From positions 288,001 to 352,000 of the forward strand of contig CAWDLW010000015.1 in the NCBI GenBank assembly GCA_963803145.1: DNA of 64,000 bases, written 5' to 3'. Each line of letters starts with the position of its first letter. Position 1 is the stretch's first letter. Origin of the DNA: Methanotrichaceae archaeon (GTDB lineage Archaea; Halobacteriota; Methanosarcinia; Methanotrichales; Methanotrichaceae). Under the pieces are notes generated by a model that was not told where the DNA came from, searched no databases, and saw only the letters and a program-made list of their open reading frames with translations. A program made the translations under genes and the position numbers. Below, piece after piece: positions 19,298 to 29,270 of the stretch.

Positions 19298-21520
19298 ATG
19301 CATCTTATCATTACAGAGAAGCACGATGCTGCGAAGAGGATTGCCCAGATCCTTGCAGGCGCAAAGCCGAGCTCCAAGAGGACGTCGGGAGTTGAGACAT
19401 ATCATTTCGATAATAAGGTCATCCTTGGCCTCAGCGGCCATATAGTCGGAGTAGATTATCCACCCGGCTATAATAACTGGCAGAAGGTCGACTGCAAGGA
19501 GCTGATAAGGGCCGATATCATTACAAGGCCACTCCAGCCGAAGATAATTTCAGCCCTACGGAGCCTAGGGAAACAGGCAGATAAGATAACGATAGCAACG
19601 GATTACGATAGGGAAGGAGAACTTATAGGCGTCGAGGCCTTAAAGATCGCCCAGGAGGAAAACCCTGGACTGAAAGCCGATAGAGTCAGGTATAGCGCCA
19701 TTACAAACAGCGAGATATTGGCTGCCTTCAAGAATCCAGGAGAGGTGGACTACGATCTCGCATCCTCAGGCGAGGCTAGACAGGTTATCGATCTCGTTTG
19801 GGGAGCCGCCCTAACACGATTCATATCACTCACATCAGGACGGCTTGGCAAGGAGTTTCTATCGGTAGGCCGAGTCCAGTCGCCTACGCTTGCACTCATC
19901 GTGGATCGAGAGAAGGAGATAGAGGCATTTATACCGAAGCCCTACTGGGAAATATACGCCGACCTGGAGAAGGGCCTCAGAGCTCATCATGCCAAGGGGA
20001 GGATTTGGGATAAGGCTGAAGTCGATAAGATTATCGCCAACCTCGGACTTGAGGGAGTCGTAAGATCGATAGAAAATAAGGAGAGGCATGACAAACCGCC
20101 TACGCCCTTCGATACAACAAGCTTTATCTCAGCTGCAAGCGGTATTGGATTCTCTGCAGCAAACGCCATGCGCATTGCCGAATGGCTTTACATCAACGGC
20201 TTCATCTCATACCCAAGAACCGATAACACAGTTTATCCAGCATCCATAAACCTCAAGTCTTTGATGGCACTCTTTACCAAAGGTGCATTTGCACATGAAG
20301 CCAGTCAGCTTCTCAAGGGAAAGATGGTTCCAACATGTGGAAAGAGGTCGACTACAGACCATCCTCCAATCTATCCTACAGCGCTCCCAGAAAAGAAGGA
20401 TCTAAAAGAGGAGCAATGGCGAATCTATGAGCTCGTCATTCGTCGTTTCTTTGCAACTCTTGCTGAAGAATCCATTTGGGCAATTTCAACCCTAAAGTTG
20501 GACATAGGGAAGGAACCTTTCAAGGCAAACGGCGCTAGATTGATCCAGCCCGGATGGCGTGCCTATTATCCATACAGTAAGGCTGAAGAGACCATCCTGC
20601 CGGAGCTTCGTGAAGGCGAGCGTCTGTTAGTTCTGGGCCACGAGGTCCTAGCCAAGGAAACGCAGCCCCCAGCGCGTTACGGTCAGGGAAAGCTCATCAA
20701 GGTTATGGATGAGCTGGGACTCGGCACCAAATCAACAAGGCACGATATCATAAGCAAGCTCTATGCGCGTGCGTATGTCCAGGGCAATCCCATGAGGCCA
20801 ACAAACACGGCTCACGCTGTTGTGGGTACACTCGAGAAATATGCTCCGACGATTACAAAGCCTGAGATGACCCAGACCCTTGAGAAGGATATGATTCAGA
20901 TCTCGGAGCAGAAGATCAAGGAATCGGAGGTCATAGATGAGTCGCGCGAGATGCTTTCATCGGTCTTCAATGATCTTTTAGGCAATAAAGAGGAGATAGG
21001 CACATCATTGAAGGATGGCCTAAGAACAGATAAGATTGTGGGAACCTGCGAAAGATGCGGCTCGGAGCTGTTAGTAAGACGGGGAAGGCAAGGGAAAAGA
21101 TTCATTGGATGCTCAGGCTATCCTAACTGCAAGTTTACACTTCCCCTCCCAAGATCAGGCATACTTGTTGTTACAGATAAGCTCTGCGATAAGCACCGCA
21201 TGAACCATGTAAGGATCATTAACAAGGGCAAGAGACCCTGGGACTTGGGCTGCCCCCATTGCAATTTCATCGAATGGCAGGCAAAGAAGGCATCTGAGCC
21301 TAAGAAGGTCGAGGCGAAGGCAGCTATGAACGGCCTAGCCGATGTCCAGGGAATAGGGCCTAAGACCCTTGAAAAGTTGGCTGCAGCGGGCATAAAAACT
21401 GCAGAGGATCTTCTCCACTCAAAGGCAGCGAGCTTGGCAGAGAGGACCGGCTTAAGCGAGAAGAGGATCACGGCCTGGCAGAAATCTGCCAGGTCACAGG
21501 CTGTATTAGGCAGCTCCTAA
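19298..21520 (+). CDS. topA: Type IA DNA topoisomerase with Zn ribbons and C-terminal HhH domain
   Basis: LIITEK, ATDYDREGE, GRVQSPTL, ISYPRTD, GLGTKSTR. Confidence 0.96.
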   Translation: MHLIITEKHDAAKRIAQILAGAKPSSKRTSGVETYHFDNKVILGLSGHIVGVDYPPGYNNWQKVDCKELIRADIITRPLQPKIISALRSLGKQADKITIATDYDREGELIGVEALKIAQEENPGLKADRVRYSAITNSEILAAFKNPGEVDYDLASSGEARQVIDLVWGAALTRFISLTSGRLGKEFLSVGRVQSPTLALIVDREKEIEAFIPKPYWEIYADLEKGLRAHHAKGRIWDKAEVDKIIANLGLEGVVRSIENKERHDKPPTPFDTTSFISAASGIGFSAANAMRIAEWLYINGFISYPRTDNTVYPASINLKSLMALFTKGAFAHEASQLLKGKMVPTCGKRSTTDHPPIYPTALPEKKDLKEEQWRIYELVIRRFFATLAEESIWAISTLKLDIGKEPFKANGARLIQPGWRAYYPYSKAEETILPELREGERLLVLGHEVLAKETQPPARYGQGKLIKVMDELGLGTKSTRHDIISKLYARAYVQGNPMRPTNTAHAVVGTLEKYAPTITKPEMTQTLEKDMIQISEQKIKESEVIDESREMLSSVFNDLLGNKEEIGTSLKDGLRTDKIVGTCERCGSELLVRRGRQGKRFIGCSGYPNCKFTLPLPRSGILVVTDKLCDKHRMNHVRIINKGKRPWDLGCPHCNFIEWQAKKASEPKKVEAKAAMNGLADVQGIGPKTLEKLAAAGIKTAEDLLHSKAASLAERTGLSEKRITAWQKSARSQAVLGSS

Positions 21521-21627
21521 TTTGAAGAACGCAAATAAAAATTCGCGATAAAGATAGTATTGCTAATTATGATTATAACCCCCAATTATTTTATTAATTT
21601 TCAGTCAAGGAGTTACGATTTCCAGCA

Positions 21628-21702
21628 TGGGCCTGGCCGGATTTGAACCGGCGACCACCCGGTTATGAGCCGGGCGCTCTTGCCGGACTAAGCTACAGGC
21701 CC
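21628..21702 (-). tRNA. tRNA with CAU anticodon, most likely tRNA-Ile2
   Basis: Cloverleaf GGGCCTG..CCCGG-CTCATAA-CCGGG..GTTCAAATC..CAGGCCCA; body resembles archaeal Ile2; tandem with tRNA-Asn. Confidence 0.88.
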
Positions 21703-21712
21703 GAAATGGATG

Positions 21713-21802
21713 CGCCGCCAACAGGGCTCGAACCTGTGACATTCTGGTTGCTGCTTTACGACAATTAACAGCCAGACACTCTACCATCTGAGTTATGGCG
21801 GC
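21713..21802 (-). tRNA. tRNA-Asn(GUU) with 17-nt intron at 37/38 (21749-21765)
   Basis: GCCGCCA/TGGCGGC acceptor stem; TCTGG-CTGTTA^[ATTGTCGTAAAGCAGCA]A-CCAGA; BHB helix CUGU/GCAG. Confidence 0.92.
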
Positions 21803-21859
21803 CCGAACCCATTCCTTAACACACAATGATTTAAGCCTTTTGATTAGATGTAAGTATTC

Positions 21860-22900
21860 ATGCGTGTCCTGAAGAAGAACCTGCGCGGCGATGAAGGCGA
21901 GATCACACTCCTGCCTGAATCGCTCGACGATCTCTGGCACCTTCAGTATCTGATAGAGCCCGGGGACCTGGTGTTTGCACTAACCCACAGAAAGGTCCAG
22001 GCTGCGACAGATAAAGCCCGTCCAGAGAAGCTTGAGCGAAAGCCCGTACGTCTTGGCATTCAAGTAAAGGAGATTGAGTTCCATATCTACTCAAACTGGC
22101 TGAGGCTTCATGGAGTGATAAGGTCGGGCATGGACGTCGGCGCGTATCATACGCTGAACATTGAGGTAGGGACAGACCTCTCGATAATCAAGTACCACTG
22201 GAGGCTTGACCAGTATCAGAGGATAGAGGAGGCTGTTGCAGAATCGCAGAGGCCAAAGGTTGTGCTTGCGCTCGTTGAAGAGGGCGAGGCGACTATCGGC
22301 GTGCTGCGTCAGTTCGGGGTGCAAACGGCTGCCGAGCTTCGTTCAGGCAGCGGCAAGGGTGCAGGCGAGGATTCGCGGGAACAGTTCTTCAGATCAGTCG
22401 CAGATGCTATGGTTCAGGCAGCTGGCGATGATGCCCAGGTGATTTTGGCAGGCCCTGGATTTGCCAAGGAGGATCTTAGGAAGATCATAAATTCGGCTTA
22501 TCCTGATCTTGCGAAAAGGATAACGATGGACGAGGCATCATCGATAGGCAGATCCGGCTTTCAAGAGGTGCTGCGCCGCGGTGCAGTGAACACTGTTCTT
22601 GAGAACAGCCGCATAGCCATGGAGACAAAGCTGATCGATGATCTCTTCAGGGAGGTTGCAACGAACGGAAAGGCTGCCTATGGCCCAAAGGAGGTTGAGA
22701 CCGCCATGAATTATGGCGCAATCGATTATCTGCTTGTGCTAGATGAAGTAGCAAGAAGGAGAACGCTGGAGTCGCTTATGCAAAATGTGTCCAACGCACG
22801 CGGCAAAGTGGTGATCTTCAGCTCGGAGTTCGAGCCCGGAGAGAGACTGCGATCCTTGGGCGGCGTAGCAGCGCTTCTGCGATTCAGAATCACTAAATGA
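21860..22900 (+). CDS. pelA: Pelota (mRNA surveillance)
   Basis: PESLDDLWHL, YHTLNI, AGPGFAKE, LGGVAALLRF. Confidence 0.95.
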   Translation: MRVLKKNLRGDEGEITLLPESLDDLWHLQYLIEPGDLVFALTHRKVQAATDKARPEKLERKPVRLGIQVKEIEFHIYSNWLRLHGVIRSGMDVGAYHTLNIEVGTDLSIIKYHWRLDQYQRIEEAVAESQRPKVVLALVEEGEATIGVLRQFGVQTAAELRSGSGKGAGEDSREQFFRSVADAMVQAAGDDAQVILAGPGFAKEDLRKIINSAYPDLAKRITMDEASSIGRSGFQEVLRRGAVNTVLENSRIAMETKLIDDLFREVATNGKAAYGPKEVETAMNYGAIDYLLVLDEVARRRTLESLMQNVSNARGKVVIFSSEFEPGERLRSLGGVAALLRFRITK

Positions 22901-22927
22901 TCATACAATATCGATTACGGGGATACG

Positions 22928-23791
22928 ATGAAATGCGATAAATGCTCTGCAGCTGCTGTCATATATCAGAAGTACTCGGGAATGCACCTTTGCACTGCGC
23001 ATTTTCAGGAGGATGTCCACCGCAAGATTCGAGGGTCGTTGCGTGAATCTGGGATCTTCGCCCATGGCGCAAAGCTTGCTGTGGCTGTGAACGGCAGCGC
23101 AGACAGCGCTGTGCTGATCTATGTGCTAAAGAGCCTTTTCTCGAATAGGAAGGATATTGAGCTTGTGGCAATCATGATCGACGAGGGGATTGATGGCTAT
23201 AGATATCAGGCCCTGGATTGTGCCGTAAGGCTGGCTGATGAACTTCATGTTCCTTTTGTAATAAGGCGCTTCAGTGATGCTTTTGGAGCTACGATGGATG
23301 ATCTTCACGATGTTAAAGAGCCGTGCTCTATCTGTGAGCCAATGAGAAACGAGCTTCTGAACATGACAGCCACTCAAGTTGGCGCGAATGCACTGGCTAT
23401 TGGCAGTAGTCTGGATACAGAGGCCGCAGAGATCATGCTTAGGTATCTTCATGGAGATATCGAAGGCACATCAGATATATCGGGTATATCAGGTACATCA
23501 GGTACAGCGAGTACTATGGGCATATCCCCTCACAACGCAGGAGAAAAAATCCCTGTTATAAAGCCGCTAAAGCGCATTCCTTCAGAAGAGGCCAGGCTTT
23601 ACGCGAGAAACCTCGGGATCTGCTTCACTTCAACCCCTTGCCCATATGCCCGCGGACTACTGACGGATGTCAAAAAAGAGCTTAGGGGATTTGAAGCAAG
23701 GCATCCGGGCACAAATTATTCGCTGCTACGAAGCCGGGAGCGTATGGCAGAGCTTCGCCTATTGCGCGATAAAGAGGGGCAAAGCCTTTAA
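22928..23791 (+). CDS. TtuA/Ncs6-like tRNA thiolation family protein with degenerate PP-loop
   Basis: N-terminal Zn finger CDKC..LCTAH, IDEGI, CSIC, KPL, CPY retained; SGGKDS reads NGSADS. Confidence 0.75.
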   Translation: MKCDKCSAAAVIYQKYSGMHLCTAHFQEDVHRKIRGSLRESGIFAHGAKLAVAVNGSADSAVLIYVLKSLFSNRKDIELVAIMIDEGIDGYRYQALDCAVRLADELHVPFVIRRFSDAFGATMDDLHDVKEPCSICEPMRNELLNMTATQVGANALAIGSSLDTEAAEIMLRYLHGDIEGTSDISGISGTSGTASTMGISPHNAGEKIPVIKPLKRIPSEEARLYARNLGICFTSTPCPYARGLLTDVKKELRGFEARHPGTNYSLLRSRERMAELRLLRDKEGQSL

Positions 23792-23819
23792 GAATAGACG
23801 AGAAAATAATCTCTAGCGC

Positions 23820-23894
23820 GCCTCGGTAGCTCAGCTGGTTAAGAGCGATTGACTTGTAATCAATAGGTCGCGTGTTCGAATCACGCCCGGGGCT
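23820..23894 (+). tRNA. tRNA-Thr(UGU)
   Basis: GCCTCGG/CCGGGGC acceptor stem; ATTGA-CTTGTAA-TCAAT; GTTCGAATC. Confidence 0.95.
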
Positions 23895-23920
23895 TAAAAT
23901 TGTTCTAGGGGTTAACCGTT

Positions 23921-24388
23921 ATGAATATGAGGGCATGCTTGGCTTTACTCATAATAATAGCTATATTGGCATCGCCATCATTCGCAAAGCCGTCTGCCTT
24001 TGCGACGGATAACTCGGACAAGGACCTCCAGGATCTGGAGTCGATGCTATCTGGAGAGCACAGAGGCGCACAGTACGCCGAAAGTGTGCTGCCAAATCAG
24101 ATGCCAAGTCAGCTGCCAAGTCAGCTGTCAAGTCAGCTGTCAAGTCAACTGAGTCCAATTGGCGCGCTTTATGATCCACCTTATAAAAATGAATTTTTAA
24201 ATGATACCTTCTTCGGAGATTTCCTACGAGAGTTGGGGGGAGGTCCCTCAACACCTCGAGCGAACCTGACATGGCCCGAGATTCTCCTCACAGGGCGTCC
24301 CTACTCGAATACGAGCACTACTGTCAAGCCTTCAGGGACCAATAACCATCATATAAAATCGGTATTGGTAAAGGAACCTGATTTCTGA
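23921..24388 (+). CDS. Hypothetical secreted protein with SQL(P/S) repeats
   Basis: Signal peptide; 12-bp tandem repeat. Confidence 0.65.
   Translation: MNMRACLALLIIIAILASPSFAKPSAFATDNSDKDLQDLESMLSGEHRGAQYAESVLPNQMPSQLPSQLSSQLSSQLSPIGALYDPPYKNEFLNDTFFGDFLRELGGGPSTPRANLTWPEILLTGRPYSNTSTTVKPSGTNNHHIKSVLVKEPDF
24091..24150 (+). repeat. 12-bp coding tandem repeat, about 5 copies (G[C/T]CAAGTCAGCT)
   Basis: Seen directly in sequence. Confidence 0.85.
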
Positions 24389-24662
24389 GCTATAGAATCC
24401 TCCTCGACTTTTTAACATCTAATCTAGTCTTACACCTAGGGCATGCTTTAGGCTTGTTCACCCTTGTTTCCCATCCGTAACTGCATTTAGGACATTTCAT
24501 CTGTTTCATATAACTACGGTTGTAATAAGAGTATTAATAACTTTCCATTGATATGAATATACATACTACTCCGATAAACTTCATAGAGAAGTTTCCAGAG
24601 ATATTTAAAACATCCGAGGCGTAAAGCCTTTAATTGAATTGCAGTAGTAAATACAGAATTTC

Positions 24663-25142
24663 ATGAACGAGATTTTGGAGATCCTTTCCGAGAACGCCAG
24701 GGCTACACCTATGGAGATCGCGGCACTTCTGGGCATACCTGAGGACGAGGTCGCCAGAAGAATCAAGAACCTGGAGGACTCGGGCATCATAAGGAAGTAC
24801 GTCACGCTCATCGATTGGGAGAAGCTCGATGGAACTTACGTATTTGCAGTGCTTGAGCTGAAAGTCGCGCTGCAGCGCAAGACTGGATATGATGCAGTGG
24901 CCGAGAGGATCGCCAGATTCTCAGAGGTTGAATCCGTCAGGCTGATCTCAGGGGATTACGATCTCTCGGCGATCGTGAAGGGCAAATCGATGAAAGATGT
25001 GGCTTACTTTGTTGCTGAGAAGATCGCGCCTTTGGAGGGCATACAGTCAACCTGTACCCATTTCATATTGAAGAGCTACAAAGAGCATGGCGTAATATTG
25101 ACTGAGCGGCCTAAGCCCAAGAGGCTGGTGGTGACTCCATGA
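24663..25142 (+). CDS. Lrp/AsnC transcriptional regulator
   Basis: ENARAT HTH, LISGDYDL RAM domain. Confidence 0.92.
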   Translation: MNEILEILSENARATPMEIAALLGIPEDEVARRIKNLEDSGIIRKYVTLIDWEKLDGTYVFAVLELKVALQRKTGYDAVAERIARFSEVESVRLISGDYDLSAIVKGKSMKDVAYFVAEKIAPLEGIQSTCTHFILKSYKEHGVILTERPKPKRLVVTP

Positions 25143-26332
25143 AACTGAGCCTGAAGAATATTTCCGAGTGGAGTCCGGAGGCTCACCTTTCCAGGCTGGT
25201 GAAGGATATGCCGCCCTCAGGCATACGCAAGTTCTTCGACCTTGTAAACGAGATGGAGGGCGCGATATCCTTAGGCGTCGGCGAGCCTGATTTTGTGACG
25301 CCTTGGCATGTTCGCGAGGCATGCATATATTCACTTGAGTCGGGCAACACCTCGTATACATCCAATAAAGGGATGCCTGAGCTGAGAGACTGCATCTCAG
25401 AGCAGATGAAGGAAGATCTGGGGCTAGAGTATGACCCTGCTGAGGAGATACTCATCACCACAGGCGTAAGCGAGGCAGTTGATCTCGCATTTAGGGCCAC
25501 TCTGAACCACGGGGACGAGGTGATTGTGCCTGAGCCGTGCTATGTTGCCTATGCACCAGACGTTGAATTGGCAGGCGGAGTTCCACGGATGGTTCCAACG
25601 AGGCTAACAGAAGAGTTCAAGGTCAGGCCTGAGGACATATCCTCAGCTATAACCGACAGATCAAAGGCTCTGATGCTCAGCTATCCCAACAACCCAACAG
25701 GCGCAATCATGACCCGCCAGGATCTTGAGGAGATCGCCGATGTCGTCGTTGATAACGACCTCCTTGTGGTGTCGGACGAGGTTTACTGCAAGCTCAGCTA
25801 CTCAGGAAAGCATGCCAGCTTTTCCCAGCTTGAGGGAATGCAGGACAGGACATTGATCCTCAACGGCCTTTCCAAGTCTCATGCCATGACCGGCTGGAGA
25901 ATAGGCTTCGCCCTAGGCAATTCTGCATTAATCGGCGCTATGACAAAGGTTCACCAGTATACGATGCTTTGTGCACCTGTCATGGCACAGGTGGCGGCAC
26001 TCGAAGCCCTGCAGCGCGGCGAAGATGAGATGCTGCATATGAAGCATGAGTACGACCTGCGCCGCAGGATGTTCGTATCAGGGCTGAACAGAATAGGCCT
26101 GAACTGCTTCGAACCCCGAGGAGCATTCTACGCCTTCCCATCTGTAGAAAGCACGGGAATGAGCTCAGAGGAATTTGCTGAACGCCTGCTTAAGGAGCAA
26201 AAGGTTGCAGTCGTGCCTGGAAATGTATTCGGACCGAGCGGCGAAGGCTTCCTGCGGTGCTCTTACGCAACATCGCGTGAGGAGCTGATCGAGGCGCTGG
26301 ACAGGATGGAGACATTCCTAAACAGGCTGTAA
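25139..26332 (+). CDS. Class I/II PLP aminotransferase
   Basis: GEPDF, YPNNPTG, SDEVY, SKSHAMTGWRIG. Confidence 0.93.
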   Translation: MKLSLKNISEWSPEAHLSRLVKDMPPSGIRKFFDLVNEMEGAISLGVGEPDFVTPWHVREACIYSLESGNTSYTSNKGMPELRDCISEQMKEDLGLEYDPAEEILITTGVSEAVDLAFRATLNHGDEVIVPEPCYVAYAPDVELAGGVPRMVPTRLTEEFKVRPEDISSAITDRSKALMLSYPNNPTGAIMTRQDLEEIADVVVDNDLLVVSDEVYCKLSYSGKHASFSQLEGMQDRTLILNGLSKSHAMTGWRIGFALGNSALIGAMTKVHQYTMLCAPVMAQVAALEALQRGEDEMLHMKHEYDLRRRMFVSGLNRIGLNCFEPRGAFYAFPSVESTGMSSEEFAERLLKEQKVAVVPGNVFGPSGEGFLRCSYATSREELIEALDRMETFLNRL

Positions 26333-26427
26333 GGGCTTTAGAAGAATTAAAGAATACACGGATAATAAACGATAAGGACAACAAAGGTTATAGGGATTCA
26401 ACATAAAAGGACTAAAGGATTAAAAGG

Positions 26428-27042
26428 ATGTTCAAGGCGAGGCTGAGATCGGAAGATACAGATAGAATTCTGCAGGGCTTCGCTTCCTTTGGCCTAGGAC
26501 CGAATGCCTGGACGGCGCTGTCCATCATCCCGGCACTTGCAGGCTTTGCCGCCCTGGTATACTACAGACTTGAAATCGGCCTAATATTTTTCGTGCTTTC
26601 AGGATTCATGGATATGATTGATGGGGCTGTTGCACGTGCCACCAATAGCACGAGCAGCAAAGGAGCATTCATCGATGGAGTGCTGGATAGATATATCGAG
26701 CTTCTTCTTATCCTGGGGCTCACGATCTACCTTGGAAAGACCGATTTTCTAGCGGCCCCATCTGAGGTATGGATGGTCTTGCTGCTCTTCGGAGCTGTGA
26801 TGACGAGCTTTGTCAGAGCATATGCAGACCACAGGGGGATCGTTAAGAATCCAGAGGAGCAGAAGAGGATGGGAGGGCTCCTGGAAAGGGCAGAGAGGCT
26901 TATGCTGCTCTATATTGCAATGCTTCTGGGGCTGTTCAACTTAAGCTGGATGATGATTGTAATAGCAATAACTGCAGTGCTTGCAAACGCTACGGCGATA
27001 CAGAGGATTCTGTTTGCGCTAAGGCATGGAAATGGCAGGTAA
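26428..27042 (+). CDS. CDP-alcohol phosphatidyltransferase (archaetidylinositol-phosphate synthase-like)
   Basis: DMIDGAVAR..GAFIDGVLDR. Confidence 0.9.
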   Translation: MFKARLRSEDTDRILQGFASFGLGPNAWTALSIIPALAGFAALVYYRLEIGLIFFVLSGFMDMIDGAVARATNSTSSKGAFIDGVLDRYIELLLILGLTIYLGKTDFLAAPSEVWMVLLLFGAVMTSFVRAYADHRGIVKNPEEQKRMGGLLERAERLMLLYIAMLLGLFNLSWMMIVIAITAVLANATAIQRILFALRHGNGR

Positions 27043-27115
27043 GATTATGGCCCGTTATTTTATCATAGGTTATGTATTCGTGCACTTTTGACCCAACCAC
27101 AAAGGCAGCATATTA

Positions 27116-27295
27116 AATCTTGTCCCATCAACCTCATCGCCTGTGTTTCCAAAACATTCCTTCGAAAATGGGTTAGGGGTAGCCCGCATGGCAACAGAGT
27201 ACGCTAGTATAATCGTTAGTAGCAGCCCCAAATGCGAAAGTCAGAGCAGTTTTGGAATGTACGCTCTTGGATTATAATCTCTAGAAGAACACTAT
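27116..27295 (+). repeat. Dispersed structured repeat, copy A
   Basis: Manual alignment to the copies at 52035, 53466, 55218 and 57495. Confidence 0.8.
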
Positions 27296-27451
27296 CGTAT
27301 GGGAAGCAGCTGGCCCAAATGAAGTGTAGGCAGTTCATCGTTTGGCTACTGCTAGTCATCTGCGACAGCTATCACCCCATCGGGTTCAATGGATCAGACC
27401 AATATGGACCCGATCTTGGCGAGTTATAATTTGCATTGTAGGGCGGATTTG

Positions 27452-28676
27452 GGTTGTGTATGTGACCTATTGAAATGGGATCCTCCAAGTCATTAACTCC
27501 TTCATAGTCCAAATATGGTCGGTAATCAATTCAACCATCGCAGGCGTTCGAGGGATCCATTTTTTAGGATTCAGAGCGAATCCCACTTCTTCCATGTCAA
27601 GGTTTATCTCAATTTTTAAAGAATCATGCGGCTTAACGAAGTTGTACCAAGCTTGGAAAAAGTCTATTGCGCCGGTATGAATTTGCCTATCTTTACTAAA
27701 GTTCATAGACTCACGTATAAACCTGGCCAGATAATTCCTGAAAGTGAGATTCATTCGTTCGACGTAGGATGTCTGGATATGTTCTTTCGATGTTGGGCAA
27801 AGCAGTTCAAGCACATCTTTCGGGTCACCATATACAATCCGTTCAAATGTGTTAACCACTTCATCATTCTTTTTATTTTTCACAATTTGAGCATATTTAA
27901 GGTCAGGAGGAGGAACAAGTATAGGATTTGGTTTTCTGCCTAGTCCTTTGTATTCAGGCGTCTCCTTGACACCGTAGACTTCAAGGAGGGCATTGGAAAA
28001 TGGATCCCAATCATCGGAAACGAATACCGGAAGAGGTGTGCCTGTCGCCCGTCTATGTTCTAAGTCACTAAATAAGGCAGTTGCATCTTCTATAGTTCGG
28101 CCACCTTCATGATGGCAGATTAGTAACCTTGATTCAGCATTTATTGCTGTCAGACTATATACGTCACCAACGTCTTTTGAGTCATAGCTACTTACATTTT
28201 TTTGTTTTTTTACAAAATGACCATATTTCATCTATCTGCACTTGTGTAAGATGAAGATGGTTCAGGAAGTAATCATTGACCTCTTTGCAATGATCCGCTG
28301 CCCTTTTGAGCCATCGGCAGATTGTATTTTTATCATGACCTGTAGATCTTGCAACACCACGAATACTGCCTTTTTCTACCAATTGGGCCAGGACATCTAA
28401 GACTTCCTCATCTGATGTGCTTAAACCGAAAAATATTGTTCCGCGAGTCTCGCTGAAACAATGACCACATGTTCTACACTTCAAGAGCGCACGGTTGTTC
28501 TTTCCATAGTGATCTTTTATCACTATGTTGCCTTTATCGTTTATGCCATAATCCTGGCAGCCTTCATGATGGCACCAGTAATCGGACAATGTAATATCAG
28601 ACATTTTTGATACATCCCTTTTAAAGAATGTATCATTATAAACATATAACTATTTCATCGGAACGCATACACGACC
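27452..28676 (-). mobile_element. IS1-family insertion sequence
   Basis: IRs GGTTGTGTATGTGACCTATTGAAAT / GGTCGTGTATGCGTTCCGATGAAAT; 8-bp TSD CGGATTTG. Confidence 0.92.
27467..28604 (-). CDS. IS1-family transposase InsA/InsB joined by -1 frameshift at the A7C run (about 28204-28211)
   Basis: Zn finger + HTH ORF, IDEIW, then SDDW..TSYVERMNLTFR..RTPAM ORF; AAAAAAAC slippery site. Confidence 0.88.
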
Positions 28677-29270
28677 CGGATTTGTATAGTAAGGTGAATT
28701 TGTGTAGTAAGGCGAATTGGGATAGTAGGGCGGATATGCGTTGGGAGCATAATAGCCATCGTGATTAAGAAAATTGTTGACTTCCTGCTCCCATATCATC
28801 TGCTCATAGTAGGCCCTGCCTGGACATGTTCCGTTGAAGAAAGACCATAATTCGCAATACGACCCATCAGGGAAGTAGCAGTTGCCACCGCTAGGACAGC
28901 CACCATGCTGTATACAGTAAGCTTGAGCAGCATTCCCGGCCTGACATTGACCGGGACCATAGGACCCGAAGCCTTGGGCGCATACAGGCTCAGCTATAAA
29001 AATTAGTCCGATGATCATCAGCACCATCAGTGCATTTTTATCATGCGTAAACATCCCTCCTTAGTATCCCTCTTTTCTGCTTAGTATCTATCTTATCCAA
29101 TATAAGGAGATAGCACGACCGAGAGATTGGAAAGCATAAGGGAAATGATCAACTCTTATCCGGAGAATACTCAAGCGCATTTTACTACTGACAAATAATC
29201 CTGCTTAAAAGCTATAGCATCTTTCTAAATGGCAAAAACAGAAAAGGTCTGGGCGAGAGCCCAGAGCGGT

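Larger units (their letters stand above)
27372..29054 (-). pseudogene. Secreted DUF333-domain protein interrupted near its C-terminus by an IS1-family element
   Basis: YCIQHGG..CYFPDGSYCELWSFFNGTC; frame resumes after the IS as PYNANYNSPRSGPYWSDPLNPMG* (stop 27372-27374). Confidence 0.8.

Noticed and set aside
21605-21940. 111-aa minus-strand ORF
   Set aside because: Spans two tRNA genes and is antisense to pelota
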